DNA of 64,000 nucleotides, from contig CAWECW010000010.1 in the NCBI GenBank assembly GCA_963807815.1, positions 33,214 through 97,213 on the forward strand, written 5' to 3'. Shown here one piece after another: positions 44,227 through 56,321 of this stretch. Below the pieces are notes generated by a model that was not told the origin of the DNA, made no database searches, and saw only the letters and a list, made by a program, of their open reading frames with translations. The stretch is from an uncultured Alphaproteobacteria bacterium (GTDB lineage: Bacteria > Pseudomonadota > Alphaproteobacteria > Sphingomonadales > Sphingomonadaceae). The stretch's first letter is position 1. The number at the start of each line of letters is the position of its first letter. The position numbers and the translations under genes are program-made.

Positions 44227-45353
44227 ATGCTTAGCACAGCCGGCGAGGTCGAAACGTCGGACGAACCTTTGCAGGATTGGCTTCAGCATCCGTCGCGACC
44301 GCAGCCCGGCGCTGGACGCCAAACAGCTGGTGCGCGAGCTTTCGCGTTATCGCGAGCCCAGCCGCCGCCGCAGCGCCTTCGAGCTGGCAATCACCCTGGT
44401 GCCCTACCTGGCGCTCAGCGCGGCAATGTTCGCGCTGGTCGATGCCGGTTATTGGCTCGGCTCCTGCTCGCCATTCCGGCGGGCGGCTTTCTGCTCCGGC
44501 TGTTCCTGATCCAGCACGACTGCGGTCACGGAGCATTCTGGCCAAGCCGGTCGGCAAACGATTGGACCGGCAGGATGCTGGGCGTGCTGACTTTCACGCC
44601 ATACGAATGCTGGCGCCGGTCGCATGCCCTGCACCACGCCGGAACCGGCAATCTTGACGCACGCGGCTTTGGGGACGTCGACACGGTGACCGTCGATGAG
44701 TTCCGCAGTGGACCAAAGGGCGGCAGTTTCTCTACCGCGTCTATCGCCATCCGGTCGTTCTGCTGGGTTTCGGCCCGACCTATCTCTTCCTGTTGAGAAA
44801 TCGGCTGCCGGTCGGGCTGATGACCGCCGGCTGGACGATATTGGGTCAGCGCGATCGGAACGAACCTGGCAATCGCCGCTCGTCGCCGCCGCGATCTGCC
44901 ATGATGGTCGGGATCGGCACGTTCCTGGTGGTCCAGCTGACGGTCACGTTGATCGCGGCCACTGTCGGCGTCTGGCTCTTCTACGTTCAGCATCAATTCG
45001 AACATGCGCATTGGGATTCGGGCGACCGCTGGTCGTTCCACGACGCTGCCCTGCAGGGCAGCTCGCACCTCGACCTTCCGCCCGTCCTGCGCTGGTTCAC
45101 GGCGAACATCGGCGCCCACCACATCCATCACCTGGTCAGCCGCGTTCCATTCTATCGGATTCCCGAAGTCCTTCGGGATCATCCGCAGCTTGTCGAGACC
45201 AATCGGCTGACGATCGCCGATACATGGCGGACCTTCCGTCTGGCGCTGTGGGATGCGGATGAGCGCCGCATGGTCTCGTTCGGCCATCACGCGGAACGCG
45301 CCGTTGAGCAGCACCCGGAAACCTCAATCGATGGGCTGACCTGCTTCCGTTAA
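44227..45353 (+). CDS. Membrane fatty acid desaturase (Des-like; frameshifted)
   Basis: His boxes HDCGH, HALHH and HHIHH; YVQHQFE. Confidence 0.9.
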
Positions 45354-45540
45354 CCTTTGGTCAGCCATAAGGCGGAATGCATCAGTACCGCCTCTTTTCC
45401 CACGACGGCCTCGGCAATTTCAGCCTTCTCCAGGAATTCCGGGCGAACAGCGATGAAGCTGCAACGAAGCTGGTGGGCCGCTGGGGATCGCGGTCGCTGG
45501 AGCTGTGGCAGTCTACCCGCGTCGTCAATCGCTGGGACGC

Positions 45541-46811
45541 TTAAAGCGACCAGCGGTCGATCGACGGATTGAGCGCACGGTCGCGCCACATGCCCCTGAT
45601 ATCAGCAAGCGTTCCGCCTGGACTGAGCATTCCTTCCAAATCCTCAGTCCGAAAGGTTGCGGTAATCCGCATGGGCCACGGCACCGACCACGAGATCGTA
45701 TTTCTCGCGACCCGGCGCGCTGAGCTCCAGTCCGAATTCATCCCGTAATTGAGCCGCGTCGGCGATCGGGTCGGCGACGTCCACATCATGGCCGAGCTCG
45801 ACCAGCCTTTCAACAAGGTCGAAGGCGCGGCTGTTGCGTAGGTCCGGCACGTTTTCCTTGAACGTCAGGCCGAGCACGAGCGCCCTGCCCGCTCGCCCGC
45901 CGCGCCGCTCGTGCAGCGTGTCGGCGATCCACCGGCCCATGCCGTCGTTAGTGCCGCGGCCGGCAAGGATCACCTGCGGATCGTGCCCGAGTTGCTGGGC
46001 CAGGTGGCTGAGATAATAGGGATCGACGCCGATGCAGTGCCCGCCGACGAGCCCAGGCTCGAACGGGAGGAAATTCCACTTGGTGCGCGATGCCGCGAGC
46101 ACATCCCAGATGGATACTCCGACCTTCGAGAAAATCTGCGTCACCTCGTTCATAAAGGCGATGTTGACGTCGCGCTGGGCGTTCTCGATCGCCTTCGCGG
46201 CCTCGGCGGCCTTGATCGATGCCGCGCGGAAGGTGCCGCCGCTGGTGATCGACCCGTAGATCTCGTCCATCTGGTCGAGAACCTCGGGATCCTCGCCGGC
46301 GATCACCTTGGTGATCTTGTCGATCGTGTGCGCCTTGTCGCCAGGATTGATGCGCTCGGGGCTGTAGCCGAGGCGGAAGTCGCGACCCCTCTCGAGCCCG
46401 GAAACGCGTTCGATCTCCGGTCCGCACAACTCTTCCGTGACGCCCGGATAGACGGTACTTTCGTAGACGATGGTCGGCCGCTTCTCCCGGTCGATCAGCC
46501 CGGCGATGGTGCGGGTCGCAGAAAGTACGGCGCTCAAGTCCGGCTGATTGTCGCTCATCCACCGGCGTCGGCACCGTCACGATGTAGACGTCCGCTCCGC
46601 CGCAATCGTCGGCCGAGTGGGTCAGCGTCAGTGAAGACGCGCGGAGGCTGGCCTCATCGACCTCATTGGTGCGGTCCAGTGCCCGCCGAAGCTCGTCGAT
46701 GCGCCGCTCGTCACGATCCAGCCCGACCACTTCGAACTTCCGCGCCAGCGCGACGGCAAGCGGCAGGCCGACATAGCCCAGACCGACGACGACGATGCGC
46801 GGCGGCGACAT
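45541..46811 (-). CDS. Nucleotide-sugar dehydrogenase (WbpO/TviB-like UDP-HexNAc dehydrogenase)
   Basis: GLGYVG, YESTVYPG, YSPERINPGD, ENAQRDVNIA, PGLVGGHCIGVDPYYL. Confidence 0.92.
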
Positions 46812-46815
46812 CCGC

Positions 46816-48181
46816 CTAGCGCGCGGCGGCTTCCGGACCGTTGCTCACCAGCTTCAGCCGCGAGCCGCCGCCGATCTTGCCGCGGCCAATGCCGATATAT
46901 TCCAGGCCCGCCTCTTCCGCGTCCGCGCGGTCGTAGACGTTGCGCAGGTCGACGACGACGTTGCCCCGCATGACCTTGGCGAAGCGCTTGAGATCGAGCG
47001 CCCGGAATTCATCCCACTCCGTCACGATAACCAGCGCATCGGCGTCCTCGGCGACTTCATAGGGGTCTTCGGCAAACTCGGTGCCAGCGAGCAGGCCGCG
47101 GGCATTGTCGACCGCGACGGGATCGAAGGCGGCGACATCGCTCCAAGCTCGAGAAGCCTCTTCACCAGCGGGATCGACGGCGCGTCGCGCATGTCGTCGG
47201 TGTTGTGCTTGAAGGTGAGGCCGAGCACCGCGATGCGCTTGCCCTTGACGCTTCCGCCGAGCGCTTCGCGACGCGATCGGCCATCGCTCGCCTTGCGGTC
47301 GTCGTTGACCTCGACGACCGTCTTCACGATCCGCTGCTCGACGCCGGCCTCCTCGGCGGTCTGCAGCAGCGCCAGCGTGTCCTTGGGGAAGCAGCTTCCG
47401 CCATAGCCCGGGCCCGGGTGCAGGAATTTGGGGCCGATGCGATTGTCGAGGCCGATGCCGCGAGCGACGTCCTGAACGTCGGCATCCACCGCTTCGCACA
47501 GGTCGGCGATCTCGTTGATGAAGCTGATCTTCATCGCGAGGAAGGCGTTGGCCGCATATTTGGTCAGTTCGGCGGTCCGGCGGCCGGTGAACAGGATCGG
47601 CGCCTGGTTGAGGAACAGCGGCCGGTAGATCTCGCGCAGCACCTCGCGCGCCGTGTCGTCCTCGGCGCCGACGACGATGCGGTCGGGGTGCTTGAAGTCG
47701 GCGATCGCCGCGCCTTCACGCAGGAATTCCGGGTTCGATGCCACCGACGTGCCGGCGGGCGCGCCCTCCTCCTTCAGCAGCTCGGCGATCTTGTCGCCGG
47801 TCCCCACCGGGAACGGTCGACTTGGTCACCACGACGACCGGGCCCTTCATCACCCCGGCAAGCTCGCGAACGGCGTCGAAGACATAGGTCAGATCGGCGT
47901 GGCCGTCGCCGCGGCGTGCAGGCGTTCCGACCGCGATGAACACGGCTTCCGCGCCCTCGACGCCCTCGGCCAGGTCGGTCGTGAAGCTCAGGCGGCCGCG
48001 ATCGACATTGGCCCTGACCAGCGCTTCGAGCCCCGGCTCCCAGATCGGCATGACGCCGTTCTTGCAGCGCGTCGATCTTGCCCGCGTCCTTGTCGACGCA
48101 GACGACATCGTGACCGAAGTCCGAGAGGCACGCGCCCGAAACCAGTCCGACATAGCCCGTGCCGATCATTGCAATTCGCAT
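46816..48181 (-). CDS. ugd: UDP-glucose 6-dehydrogenase
   Basis: [36 protein letters not shown]. Confidence 0.94.
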
Positions 48182-48378
48182 GTATCACTCCTGACGCCCA
48201 AACCGCAGGCCGCGCGTCTTAGACGGCAGTTCGGCCCATTGCCAGCGAAGCGGAGCGGCCAATCGAGACCGTCACAAAGTGGATCAGCGTGCAGAACCAT
48301 GGGTGGTCCCTTGCAGCCCAGGTTCAGCTAAGCGCCTCGCTTTTGCCGGAAAGTTCGGCTAAGGGCGCGGCCTTCCCG

Positions 48379-49716
48379 ATGGAAACGAAACTCTGCCTCG
48401 ACCCCCACGCGTGGGCATGGTGTCGCTCGGCTGTCCCAAGGCATTGGTCGACAGCGAGCGGATCATCACCAAGCTGCGCGCCGACGGCTACCAGATGTCG
48501 CCCGACTATGCGGGCGCGGACGTCGTGCTGGTCAACACCTGCGGCTTCCTCGATTCCGCCAAGGAAGAAAGCCTGGAAGCGATCGGCGAAGCCATCGCCG
48601 AGAACGGCCGCGTCGTCGTCACCGGCTGCATGGGCAATGAAGCGGACGTCATCCGCGCAGCGCTTCCCGGACGTGCTCGCGATCACCGGGCCGCAGCAAT
48701 ATGAGGAAGTGGTCTCGGCGGTGCATGAGGCCGCGCCGCCGGCCGCCTCCCCTTATCTCGACCTGGTGCCGGAAGCGGGCCTGAAGCTCACCCCGCGCCA
48801 CTACAGCTATCTGAAGATTTCAGAGGGCTGCAATCACCGCTGCAGCTTCTGCATCATCCCGAGCATCCGCGGCGACCTCGTCAGCCGCCGCCCCGACGCC
48901 ATCCTTCGCGAAGCCGAGAAGCTGGTCGAGGCGGGCACCAAGGAACTGCTGGTCATCAGCCAGGACACGTCGGCCTATGGCGTCGACATCCGCCACCAGC
49001 CGCGCATGTGGAAGGGCGCACGAGGTCCGCGCCCACATGACCGACCTTGTCGCGCGAGCTGGGCAAGCTCGGCGCCGTGGGTGCGGCTGCACTACGTCTA
49101 CCCCTATCCGCACGTCGACCAGGTCATCCCGCTGATGGCCGAGGGACTGGTGCTTCCCTACCTCGACATCCCGTTCCAGCATGCGAGCCCGAAGGTGCTC
49201 CGCTCGATGAAGCGGCCGGCCAACGAGGCCAAGGTGCTCGAGCGGCTGAAGAACTGGCGCGCGATCGTGCCGGACATCGCCGTTCGCTCCAGCTTCGTCG
49301 TCGGCTTCCCCGGCGAGACGGAGGAGGATTTCCAGTATCTGCTCAACTGGCTGGAAGAAGCGCAGCTCGACCGCGTCGGCGCGTTCAAGTTCGAGCCGGT
49401 TCAGGGCGCAGCCGCGAACGCCCTGCCCGATCCGGTGCCGGAAGAGGTGAAGCAGGAGCGCTACGAGCGCGTGATGGCGCTGTCCGCGCGGATCTCCGCT
49501 GAAAAGCTGGCCGCCAAGATCGGCAGAACGCTCGACGTGCTCATCGACAATGTCGACGCGGAGACCGGCGGCGCGACCGGCCGCTCAAAGGCCGACGCGC
49601 CGGAAATCGACGGCGAAGTGCACCTGCGCGATGCTGGATACCTGTCGCAGGGCGACATCGTATCCGTCACAATCGAGGACAGCGACGAGCACGACCTCTT
49701 CGGCGTGCCTGCCTAG
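48379..49716 (+). CDS. rimO: Ribosomal protein S12 methylthiotransferase
   Basis: [38 protein letters not shown]. Confidence 0.96.
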   Translation: METKLCLDPHAWAWCRSAVPRHWSTASGSSPSCAPTATRCRPTMRARTSCWSTPAASSIPPRKKAWKRSAKPSPRTAASSSPAAWAMKRTSSAQRFPDVLAITGPQQYEEVVSAVHEAAPPAASPYLDLVPEAGLKLTPRHYSYLKISEGCNHRCSFCIIPSIRGDLVSRRPDAILREAEKLVEAGTKELLVISQDTSAYGVDIRHQPRMWKGARGPRPHDRPCRASWASSAPWVRLHYVYPYPHVDQVIPLMAEGLVLPYLDIPFQHASPKVLRSMKRPANEAKVLERLKNWRAIVPDIAVRSSFVVGFPGETEEDFQYLLNWLEEAQLDRVGAFKFEPVQGAAANALPDPVPEEVKQERYERVMALSARISAEKLAAKIGRTLDVLIDNVDAETGGATGRSKADAPEIDGEVHLRDAGYLSQGDIVSVTIEDSDEHDLFGVPA

Positions 49717-49717
49717 C

Positions 49718-50169
49718 CTACTTCTTCGTCAGCTGGTCGATCGCCTTGTCGACGACGCGGGTGATGCGCTTGATGGCGAAGGACAAAGCCTCGAGCTCGA
49801 TCAGCGCTTTCTCCACGTTTTCGGTGTTCGACTGAGGCTGGTCCGGGCCGGGACTTTGCAGCAGCGCGGCGCTGACTGCGGCGGTGGAAATCGGATTGCT
49901 GAACTTGCAGCCGAAGAAGCGGCCGCTGCTCCAGGCGACCTGCGCCTGGGCGGTGCCGGCTTCGGGAAGGACGACGTCGATAGTCTCGCCCTGCTCCAGC
50001 GAGACTGGGCTTTCGACGAGCAGCCCGTCCTCGGACAAATCGTGGATGACGACCTGCGTCTCGACGCGGAAGCGCTGGCGCCCTCGACTTCGAGCTTGAG
50101 CTTGCGCCGGGACGAGGAGCGGCGTTCTCCAGCTTCCGGTCCGGCATCGATTTGAGCGCGCAGCGACAC
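49718..50169 (-). CDS. PilZ domain protein (frameshifted)
   Basis: RSSSR (RxxxR) and DLSEDG (DxSxxG) c-di-GMP motifs; VAW...GCKF. Confidence 0.8.
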
Positions 50170-50190
50170 TCCGCCTGCTGACGGCACTGG

Positions 50191-50206
50191 CTAACAAGTG
50201 GTTAAC
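50191..50206. promoter_or_regulatory. Putative CtrA binding box
   Basis: CTAA-N7-TTAAC, one mismatch to TTAA-N7-TTAAC, ~20 bp upstream of the PilZ gene. Confidence 0.55.
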
Positions 50207-50317
50207 GCCGCCGACCGAGCTTGCCCGGGCATTCCGCCGTTTGGAGCGCGCCGTGCGGGATCGGCTCTTTGTGGTATCAGCGCCTGCCGAGGGTGGGGAC
50301 TGGCAGGGAGAGTTGCC

Positions 50318-50805
50318 ATGACGCCCAAGAAAAAGATCGTCCTTTCAATCGCTTCAGCCATCGGCCTGGCGGTGTGGCGATGGCCGCGCCGGTCGCCGAG
50401 GGCGGCCGAAATATGTCGAAGCGCTGACCGGCCAGGCTGAAATTGACGCCGGCGCATTGAAACGCGGACATGGATGGCAGCGGGACTGCTCATGTAACCG
50501 TGAACGTCGGCCAGGGCCGCGTTTGCTGGAACCTCACCGACCTTGCCAACCTCGATACGATAACCGCGGCGCACATCCATGAGGCACCGAGCACGGCGGC
50601 CGGCCCCATCCGGATATCCTTCTTCCACTTCGGTCAGCCGCTCGATACCGAGGGTTGCACCGAAGGGTCGGCGCAATTTCCGTTCGATCGCGCCCGGCTG
50701 ACCGATGTCATCCAGAACCCGCAGAACTATTATGTGAACATCCACACGACGGCGTTCCCGCCCGGGGCAATTCGCGGGCAATTGAGCAAGAACAAGAACA
50801 AGTAG
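50318..50805 (+). CDS. CHRD domain secreted protein
   Basis: Signal peptide; TAAHIH, YYVNIHT..FP.GAIRGQL. Confidence 0.88.
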
Positions 50806-50846
50806 CAGGCCTGTCACCCGCCTTTGGCTTTGGCTAAGGGCGGGCC

Positions 50847-52248
50847 ATGACCGACTTTCCCCAGCCTCTCGTCGCCGATCGCGGCCAGAAGGCGCATCCG
50901 ATCCATCTCGTGGACAAGGCCAGCTTCGAAGATTGGTCGAAGACGCGGCCGCCGAGGATCGCGCCCTGCTGAAGGCGCATCGGTTCGACGGCAAGATCGG
51001 GCTTCGCCTTCGTGATCCTTCCGCGCAAGGGCGACGAGTTCGAGGTCGTCTCGGCCGTGGCCGATGCCGCGCGAACTTTCGCCCTGGTGTCTTGCAAAGC
51101 TCGCCGAGAGCTTGCCGGAGGGCGCTTACAAGCTGGCACAGGGCGAACCCGGGCCGGCCACGCTCGGCTGGCTGCTCGCCCAGCATCGCTTCGACGCTTA
51201 CCGGTCCAAGAAGGACGACGCTGAACGCGGCCCGAGGGTACTCGTCACCGGCGAGCCGGCGCGGATCGAACCGTCGATCCGGCAGGCCGAAGCCGTCGCG
51301 CTTGTCCGCGACCTGGTGAACACGCCCGCCGGCGACCTCGGACCCGCCGAGCTCGAGCGAGCCGTCCGCGAGCAGGCGGAACGCATCGGCGCCGAGGTGC
51401 GAGTCACGTCCGGCAAGGACCTGGACGAAGGCTATCCGCTGGTCGCCGCCGTGGGCCGCGCAGCTTCGCCGGACCGCGCGCCGCGCCTCATCGAGCTCGA
51501 ATGGGGCCGGCCGGACCATCCGCGCGTGGCGATCATCGGCAAGGGCGTGTGCTTCGACAGCGGCGGGCTCGACCTCAAGCCGGCGAGCGGCATGCGGCTG
51601 ATGAAGAAGGACATGGGCGGCGCGGCGCATGCTTTGGCGCTGGCGACGCCTGATTGCGGGCGAACGGCTGCCGGTGCGGCTGCATTTGCTCATTCCCGCG
51701 GTGGAAAATGCAGTGTCGGGCAACGCCTTCCGGCCCGGAGACGTGGTCAAGTCGCGGCAGGGCCTCACGGTCGAGATCGACAATACGGACGCCGAGGGCC
51801 GCCTCGTCCTCGCCGACGCATTGACCAAGGCGGGCGAGTCCGAGCCGGAGCTGATCGTCGATTTCGCGACGCTGACCGGCGCGGCGCGCATCGCCTTGGG
51901 CCCGACCTCCCCGCTTTGTTCTGCAACGACGATGCGTTCGCCGACGAACTTGCCAAGGCGGGCAAGGAGGCGACCGATCCGCTTTGGCGGATGCCGATCT
52001 GGGACGCCTATGACGAGATGCTGAAGAGCGACGTCGCCGACATGGCGAACGCCGCCGGCTCGCCCATGGCAGGCGCAGTCGTCGCGGCGATGTTCCTGAA
52101 GAAATTCGTGCCGAAGGACGTACCTTGGGCGCATTTCGATACATATGCCTGGCGCGACAAAGGAAAACCGGGCCGTCCCAAAGGTGGTGAAGCCCTCGGG
52201 CTGAGGGCCGTTTTCGCTGTTCTTTCAGACCGTTACACTCGTTCCTGA
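50847..52248 (+). CDS. pepA: M17 leucyl aminopeptidase
   Basis: [38 protein letters not shown]. Confidence 0.9.
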
Positions 52249-52359
52249 CGACGCTGTCCGACAGTCGTTCGCGGCAACTTTCGGAACCTGATCCGGACCG
52301 CACCTGCAACATTTCTGCGACTTACCTGTTTACTTGGCCGTCAGGCGACGGACGGGAGA

Positions 52360-52752
52360 ATGGGAGCCGCAATGGGCGACGAATTGCTGGCTGGCTGGAT
52401 GAGGGCGCTTATTGCGTACGTTCGTTCAGGCGAGCCGGATCTTACGAACCGCCAGATGGCGCTGTTGATGCTGGTGTATCTTACACCAGGGCCTCACACG
52501 GTGCGCGGATTGGCCAAGGTTCTTGGAGTATCCAAGCCGGTGGTCACCCGCGCCTTGAATACATTGGGCGCGCTCGGTTATCTGCGCCGCGAGCGGGACC
52601 AGGACGACCGCCGCAACGTCTTCGTCGTCCGCACTACCAACGGGGCCGAATTTCTTGAAGGGTTCAAACGCAACCTCCGGGAGGGGGACCGGGTCGCTGC
52701 CGCCCAGCGGCCTGTCATCGGACAGCAGCCCGCCTTCGCACACGGCCGCTGA
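52360..52752 (+). CDS. MarR family regulator
   Basis: PDLTNRQMALL..VYL.PGPHTVRGLA..L.VSKPVVTRAL...DRR. Confidence 0.88.
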   Translation: MGAAMGDELLAGWMRALIAYVRSGEPDLTNRQMALLMLVYLTPGPHTVRGLAKVLGVSKPVVTRALNTLGALGYLRRERDQDDRRNVFVVRTTNGAEFLEGFKRNLREGDRVAAAQRPVIGQQPAFAHGR

Positions 52753-53053
52753 GTTCGCACTTTCGGGCCGTTCGAACCCGCCCGATCCGAAGTTCAACGC
52801 CTATCGCCCCGACCTGGCCGACGTCGCGCTGGCCGGACGCGTGATCGCGTCCCACTATGCGAGGCCGATCGATAAGACCGTCGTCGCCAATGCGCCGCTG
52901 CGCGTCGCCGCTTCCGACGATGCGGAGGAACTGGCGGAGCTCGAGCCTGAGGATCCGTTCAGCATGCTCGACGATACGCTCGGCTGGGCCTGGGGCTATG
53001 CCGGCAGGGATCGCAGGGTCGGGTACGTCAGGCTGGAAGCGCTGAGCGCCTAG
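52655..53053 (+). CDS. SH3-like domain protein (NlpC/P60 N-terminal region only)
   Basis: [13 protein letters not shown]...HYARP, GWAWG...VGYV, then stop; start uncertain. Confidence 0.65.
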   Translation: MKGSNATSGRGTGSLPPSGLSSDSSPPSHTAAEFALSGRSNPPDPKFNAYRPDLADVALAGRVIASHYARPIDKTVVANAPLRVAASDDAEELAELEPEDPFSMLDDTLGWAWGYAGRDRRVGYVRLEALSA

Positions 53054-54024
53054 CTACATCTCTCCGCGCTGGCGGCGGATCTCGTACCAGCGCTTCACAT
53101 TCGCCTGATGCTGCTCGAACGTGTCGGCGAACACATGGCCGCCTGTCCCGTCCGCCACGAAATAGATCGCCTTGGTCTCGGCGGGGTCGAGCACGGCGGC
53201 GATGCTCTCCCGGCCCGGATTGGCGATGGGCCCGAGCGGCAGGCCGGGTTGGCGATAGGTATTGTAGCCGGTCACCGCCATCAGCTCCGAACGCCGGATA
53301 CGGCGTCCTAGCGGCTTGCCCTTGGTGATCGGGTAGATGACCGTCGGGTCGGCATCGAGCTTCATGCCGATGCGCAGGCGGTTGCAGTAGACGCCGGCGA
53401 CCGTGCGCCGCTCCGAGGCCTTGCCCGTCTCCTTCTCGACGATCGACGCGAGCGTCACGACGTCCTGGCGCGAGCTGACAGGGCATTTGCCGCTGTTCTT
53501 GGGCATGAGCTGGTCGAGCGTCTTGCTCATCGCCGCCTGCATCCGCTGAACGACCGCCGCGCGGGCTTCGCCCCGTTCGAAGCTGTAGCTGTCGGGAAGG
53601 ACCGTTCCTTCGCCGATCGGCGGCGTCGGGCCGGTCAGGAAAGAGTTCGCGTCGAGCTTCTCCGCGACGATGATCGAGGGCATGCCCTCCGTCACCGTGA
53701 TCAGCCGCTGAACCGGCCGGCCGTGCTGCAGCAGGTCGAGGATTTCGGAGCCGCCCATGCCCTTGGGGATTTCGAACTCGCCGGCCTGGATCGGGTCGGA
53801 AGAGCCGAACAGGCGCGCCATGATGCCGAAGGTCCGGCGCCGAGCCTGGAATTGCGCCCGCTTCGTCGCAGCTCCGCCGCGACATAGCCGAGCGTCGAGC
53901 CTTCCTTGACGACGATCGTGTGCGGCCCGGGCTTCGGGCCCGGCGCAAGCCACAACATCCAGAACCCGCCTGCCCCGACGAGCAGCCCGAGAACGGCGGC
54001 AATGAGGACCGCCCGGCGGAGCAT
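53054..54024 (-). CDS. mltG: Endolytic transglycosylase
   Basis: [37 protein letters not shown]. Confidence 0.95.
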
Positions 54025-54028
54025 GAGG

Positions 54029-55294
54029 CTAGTTGACCGACTTCATGACCAGCGACGCGTTCGTACCGCCGAAGCCGAAGCTGTTGTTCAGCACGGCGCG
54101 AACTTCGCGCTGCTTGGCCTTGTGCGGGACGAGATCGACACCGGCGGTGCCCTCGCTCGGATTGTCGAGGTTGAGCGTCGGCGGGACGATCTGGTCGCGC
54201 AGGGCGAGGATGCAGAAGATGCTCTCGACCGCGCCGGCGCCGCCGAGCAGGTGGCCGATCGCCGACTTGGTCGAGCTCATCGACAGGCTTGCCGATCGCA
54301 TTGCCGAACAGTCTGCGGACCGCGCCAAGCTCCAGCTCGTCGCCGAGCGGCGTCGAGGTGCCGTGCGCGTTGATGTAGTCGATGTCCGACGGCTGCAGCC
54401 CCGACTTCTTCAGCGCCATTTCCATCGAGCGATAGGCGCCCGAACCTTCCGGGTGCGGCGCCGTCACGTGATAGGCGTCGCCGGACAGGCCGTAGCCGAC
54501 CACTTCGGCGTAGATTTTCGCGCCGCGGCGCTTGGCATGCTCATATTCCTCGAGCACGACGACGCCCGCGCCTTCACCCATGACGAAGCCGTCGCGGTCC
54601 TTGTCGTAGGGGCGGCTGGCCTTTTCCGGCTGGTCGTTGAAATTGGTCGACAGCGCGCGCGCCTGGGCGAAGCCGGCGATGCCGATCGGGCAGATGGTCG
54701 CTTCCGCGCCGCCCGCCAGCATGATGTCCGCGTCGTCGTCCTTGATCATGCGCGCTGCGTCGCCGATCGAGTGCGCGCCGGTCGAGCAGGCGGTGACCAC
54801 CGCATGGTTGGGGCCCATCAGGCCGTACTTGATCGAGACCTGGCCGGAGACGAGGTTGATCAGGCGGCCGTGGACGAAGTGCGGGCTGACCCGGCCGGGC
54901 CCCTTTTCGTGCAAGCACGAGGCTTTCGCTTTCGATGCCCGGAAGACCGCCGATGCCCGATCCGATCGAAACGCCGGCGCGAAAGCGCATCTCTTCCGGC
55001 ATGTCCGTCAGGCCCGCGTCCTCGATGGCCTGTCCCGCGGCGTCGATGCCGTAGACGATGAAGGGATCGACCTGGCGCTGGACCTTGTGGTCGACGCGCT
55101 TGCCCGGGTCGAAGCCATATTCATGGTCGGCCGGCTTCACTTCGCAGGCGATGCGGCATTTCTGGTCGCTCGGCGTCGAAATGCGTGATCGGCCCGGCGC
55201 CGCTCTTGCCGGCAAGGATGTTCTTCCAGGTCGTCTCGACGTCGGCGCCAAGCGGCGTCACGAGCCCGAGACCAGTCACCACGACACGGCGCAT
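54029..55294 (-). CDS. fabF: Beta-ketoacyl-ACP synthase II
   Basis: [44 protein letters not shown]. Confidence 0.96.
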
Positions 55295-55324
55295 GATTTC
55301 ACTCCACGGTAAGCTTCAAAAACA

Positions 55325-55357
55325 AACGGCTTCCCTGCAGGCTGCGGGAAGCCGTTC
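55325..55357 (-). terminator. Hairpin or terminator between acpP and fabF
   Basis: AACGGCTTCCC...GGGAAGCCGTT with a T-rich tail on the minus strand. Confidence 0.6.
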
Positions 55358-55401
55358 GTGCCGCAGAAGATTTTCTCAGCGGCGGCAGATGGCGGACCCG
55401 T

Positions 55402-55638
55402 TCAGCCCTTGTTCTGCTCGATATAGTCGATCGCGTCCTTGACGGTGCTGATCTTCTCGGCCGCGTCGTCGGGGATTTCGACACCGAATTCCTCTTCGAA
55501 CGCCATGACCAGCTCGACGATGTCGAGGCTGTCGGCACCGAGATCGTCGATGAAGCTCGCGTCCTCGGTGACCTTTTCCTGCTCGACACCAAGATGTTCG
55601 ACGACGATCTTCTTCACCCGATCGGCAGTCTCGCTCAT
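55402..55638 (-). CDS. acpP: Acyl carrier protein
   Basis: [20 protein letters not shown]. Confidence 0.97.
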   Translation of the reverse strand: MSETADRVKKIVVEHLGVEQEKVTEDASFIDDLGADSLDIVELVMAFEEEFGVEIPDDAAEKISTVKDAIDYIEQNKG

Positions 55639-55717
55639 GGAAGCTTCCTCCGTTTTGTCTAAATTTTGGCCAGCCCTAGCCCCGCAGAGAACCCCCGGCA
55701 AGTAGGGCGCGCTGCTT

Positions 55718-55789
55718 GTCATTGCGAGCGGAGCGAAGCAATCCACCGTCGCATGGATTGCTTCGTCGCCCTCGGCTCCTCGCAATGAC
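55718..55789. repeat. REP-like palindromic element (GTCATTGCGAG...CTCGCAATGAC family)
   Basis: Outer stem GTCATTGCGAG/CTCGCAATGAC; inner stem CGAAGCAATCCA/TGGATTGCTTCG. Confidence 0.85.
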
Positions 55790-56295
55790 TGCGAGGCACG
55801 CCCTCCCGCCCGCTCACATCCGGCGAGATCGAACTGGCGCGATCGGTATTCGGCGACGCGATCGATTATCCGAAAGTGCGGATATTCCGCCGCAAGTGGT
55901 GGCCGTTCCAGCCGCGCAGCATCGCCATGGCGCCGATGGGACACATTCACTTCCACCCGCATTCGGATCTGTGGTCGGAGGATTTCGCGAAAGAGCCGCT
56001 GCATCGGCAAGGCCTCTTCATCCACGAACTGACGCACGTCTGGCAGTCGCAGAAGCGCGGGCGCTTCTATCTGCCGCTGATGCGCCACCCCTTCTGCCGC
56101 TACGGCTACGAGCTGAAGCCCGGCCGCGCGTTCGAGGATTACGGCCTCGAGCAGCAGGCGGAAATCGTGCGTCACCGCTTTCTCATGGATCGCGGCCGGA
56201 CGCCGCCCGGTCTGCCCTCCACGCGAAATCCTGCCGTTCCTGAGCCTGCCCGACGCAACCGCCTGACGTTGCCCCGCTCGGCGCAAGGCCGATAG
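55785..56295 (+). CDS. HExxH zincin-like hypothetical protein ('vgr-related')
   Basis: [39 protein letters not shown]. Confidence 0.75.
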
Positions 56296-56321
56296 GGCGG
56301 CGCTTCGTTTAGGGATCCCAA

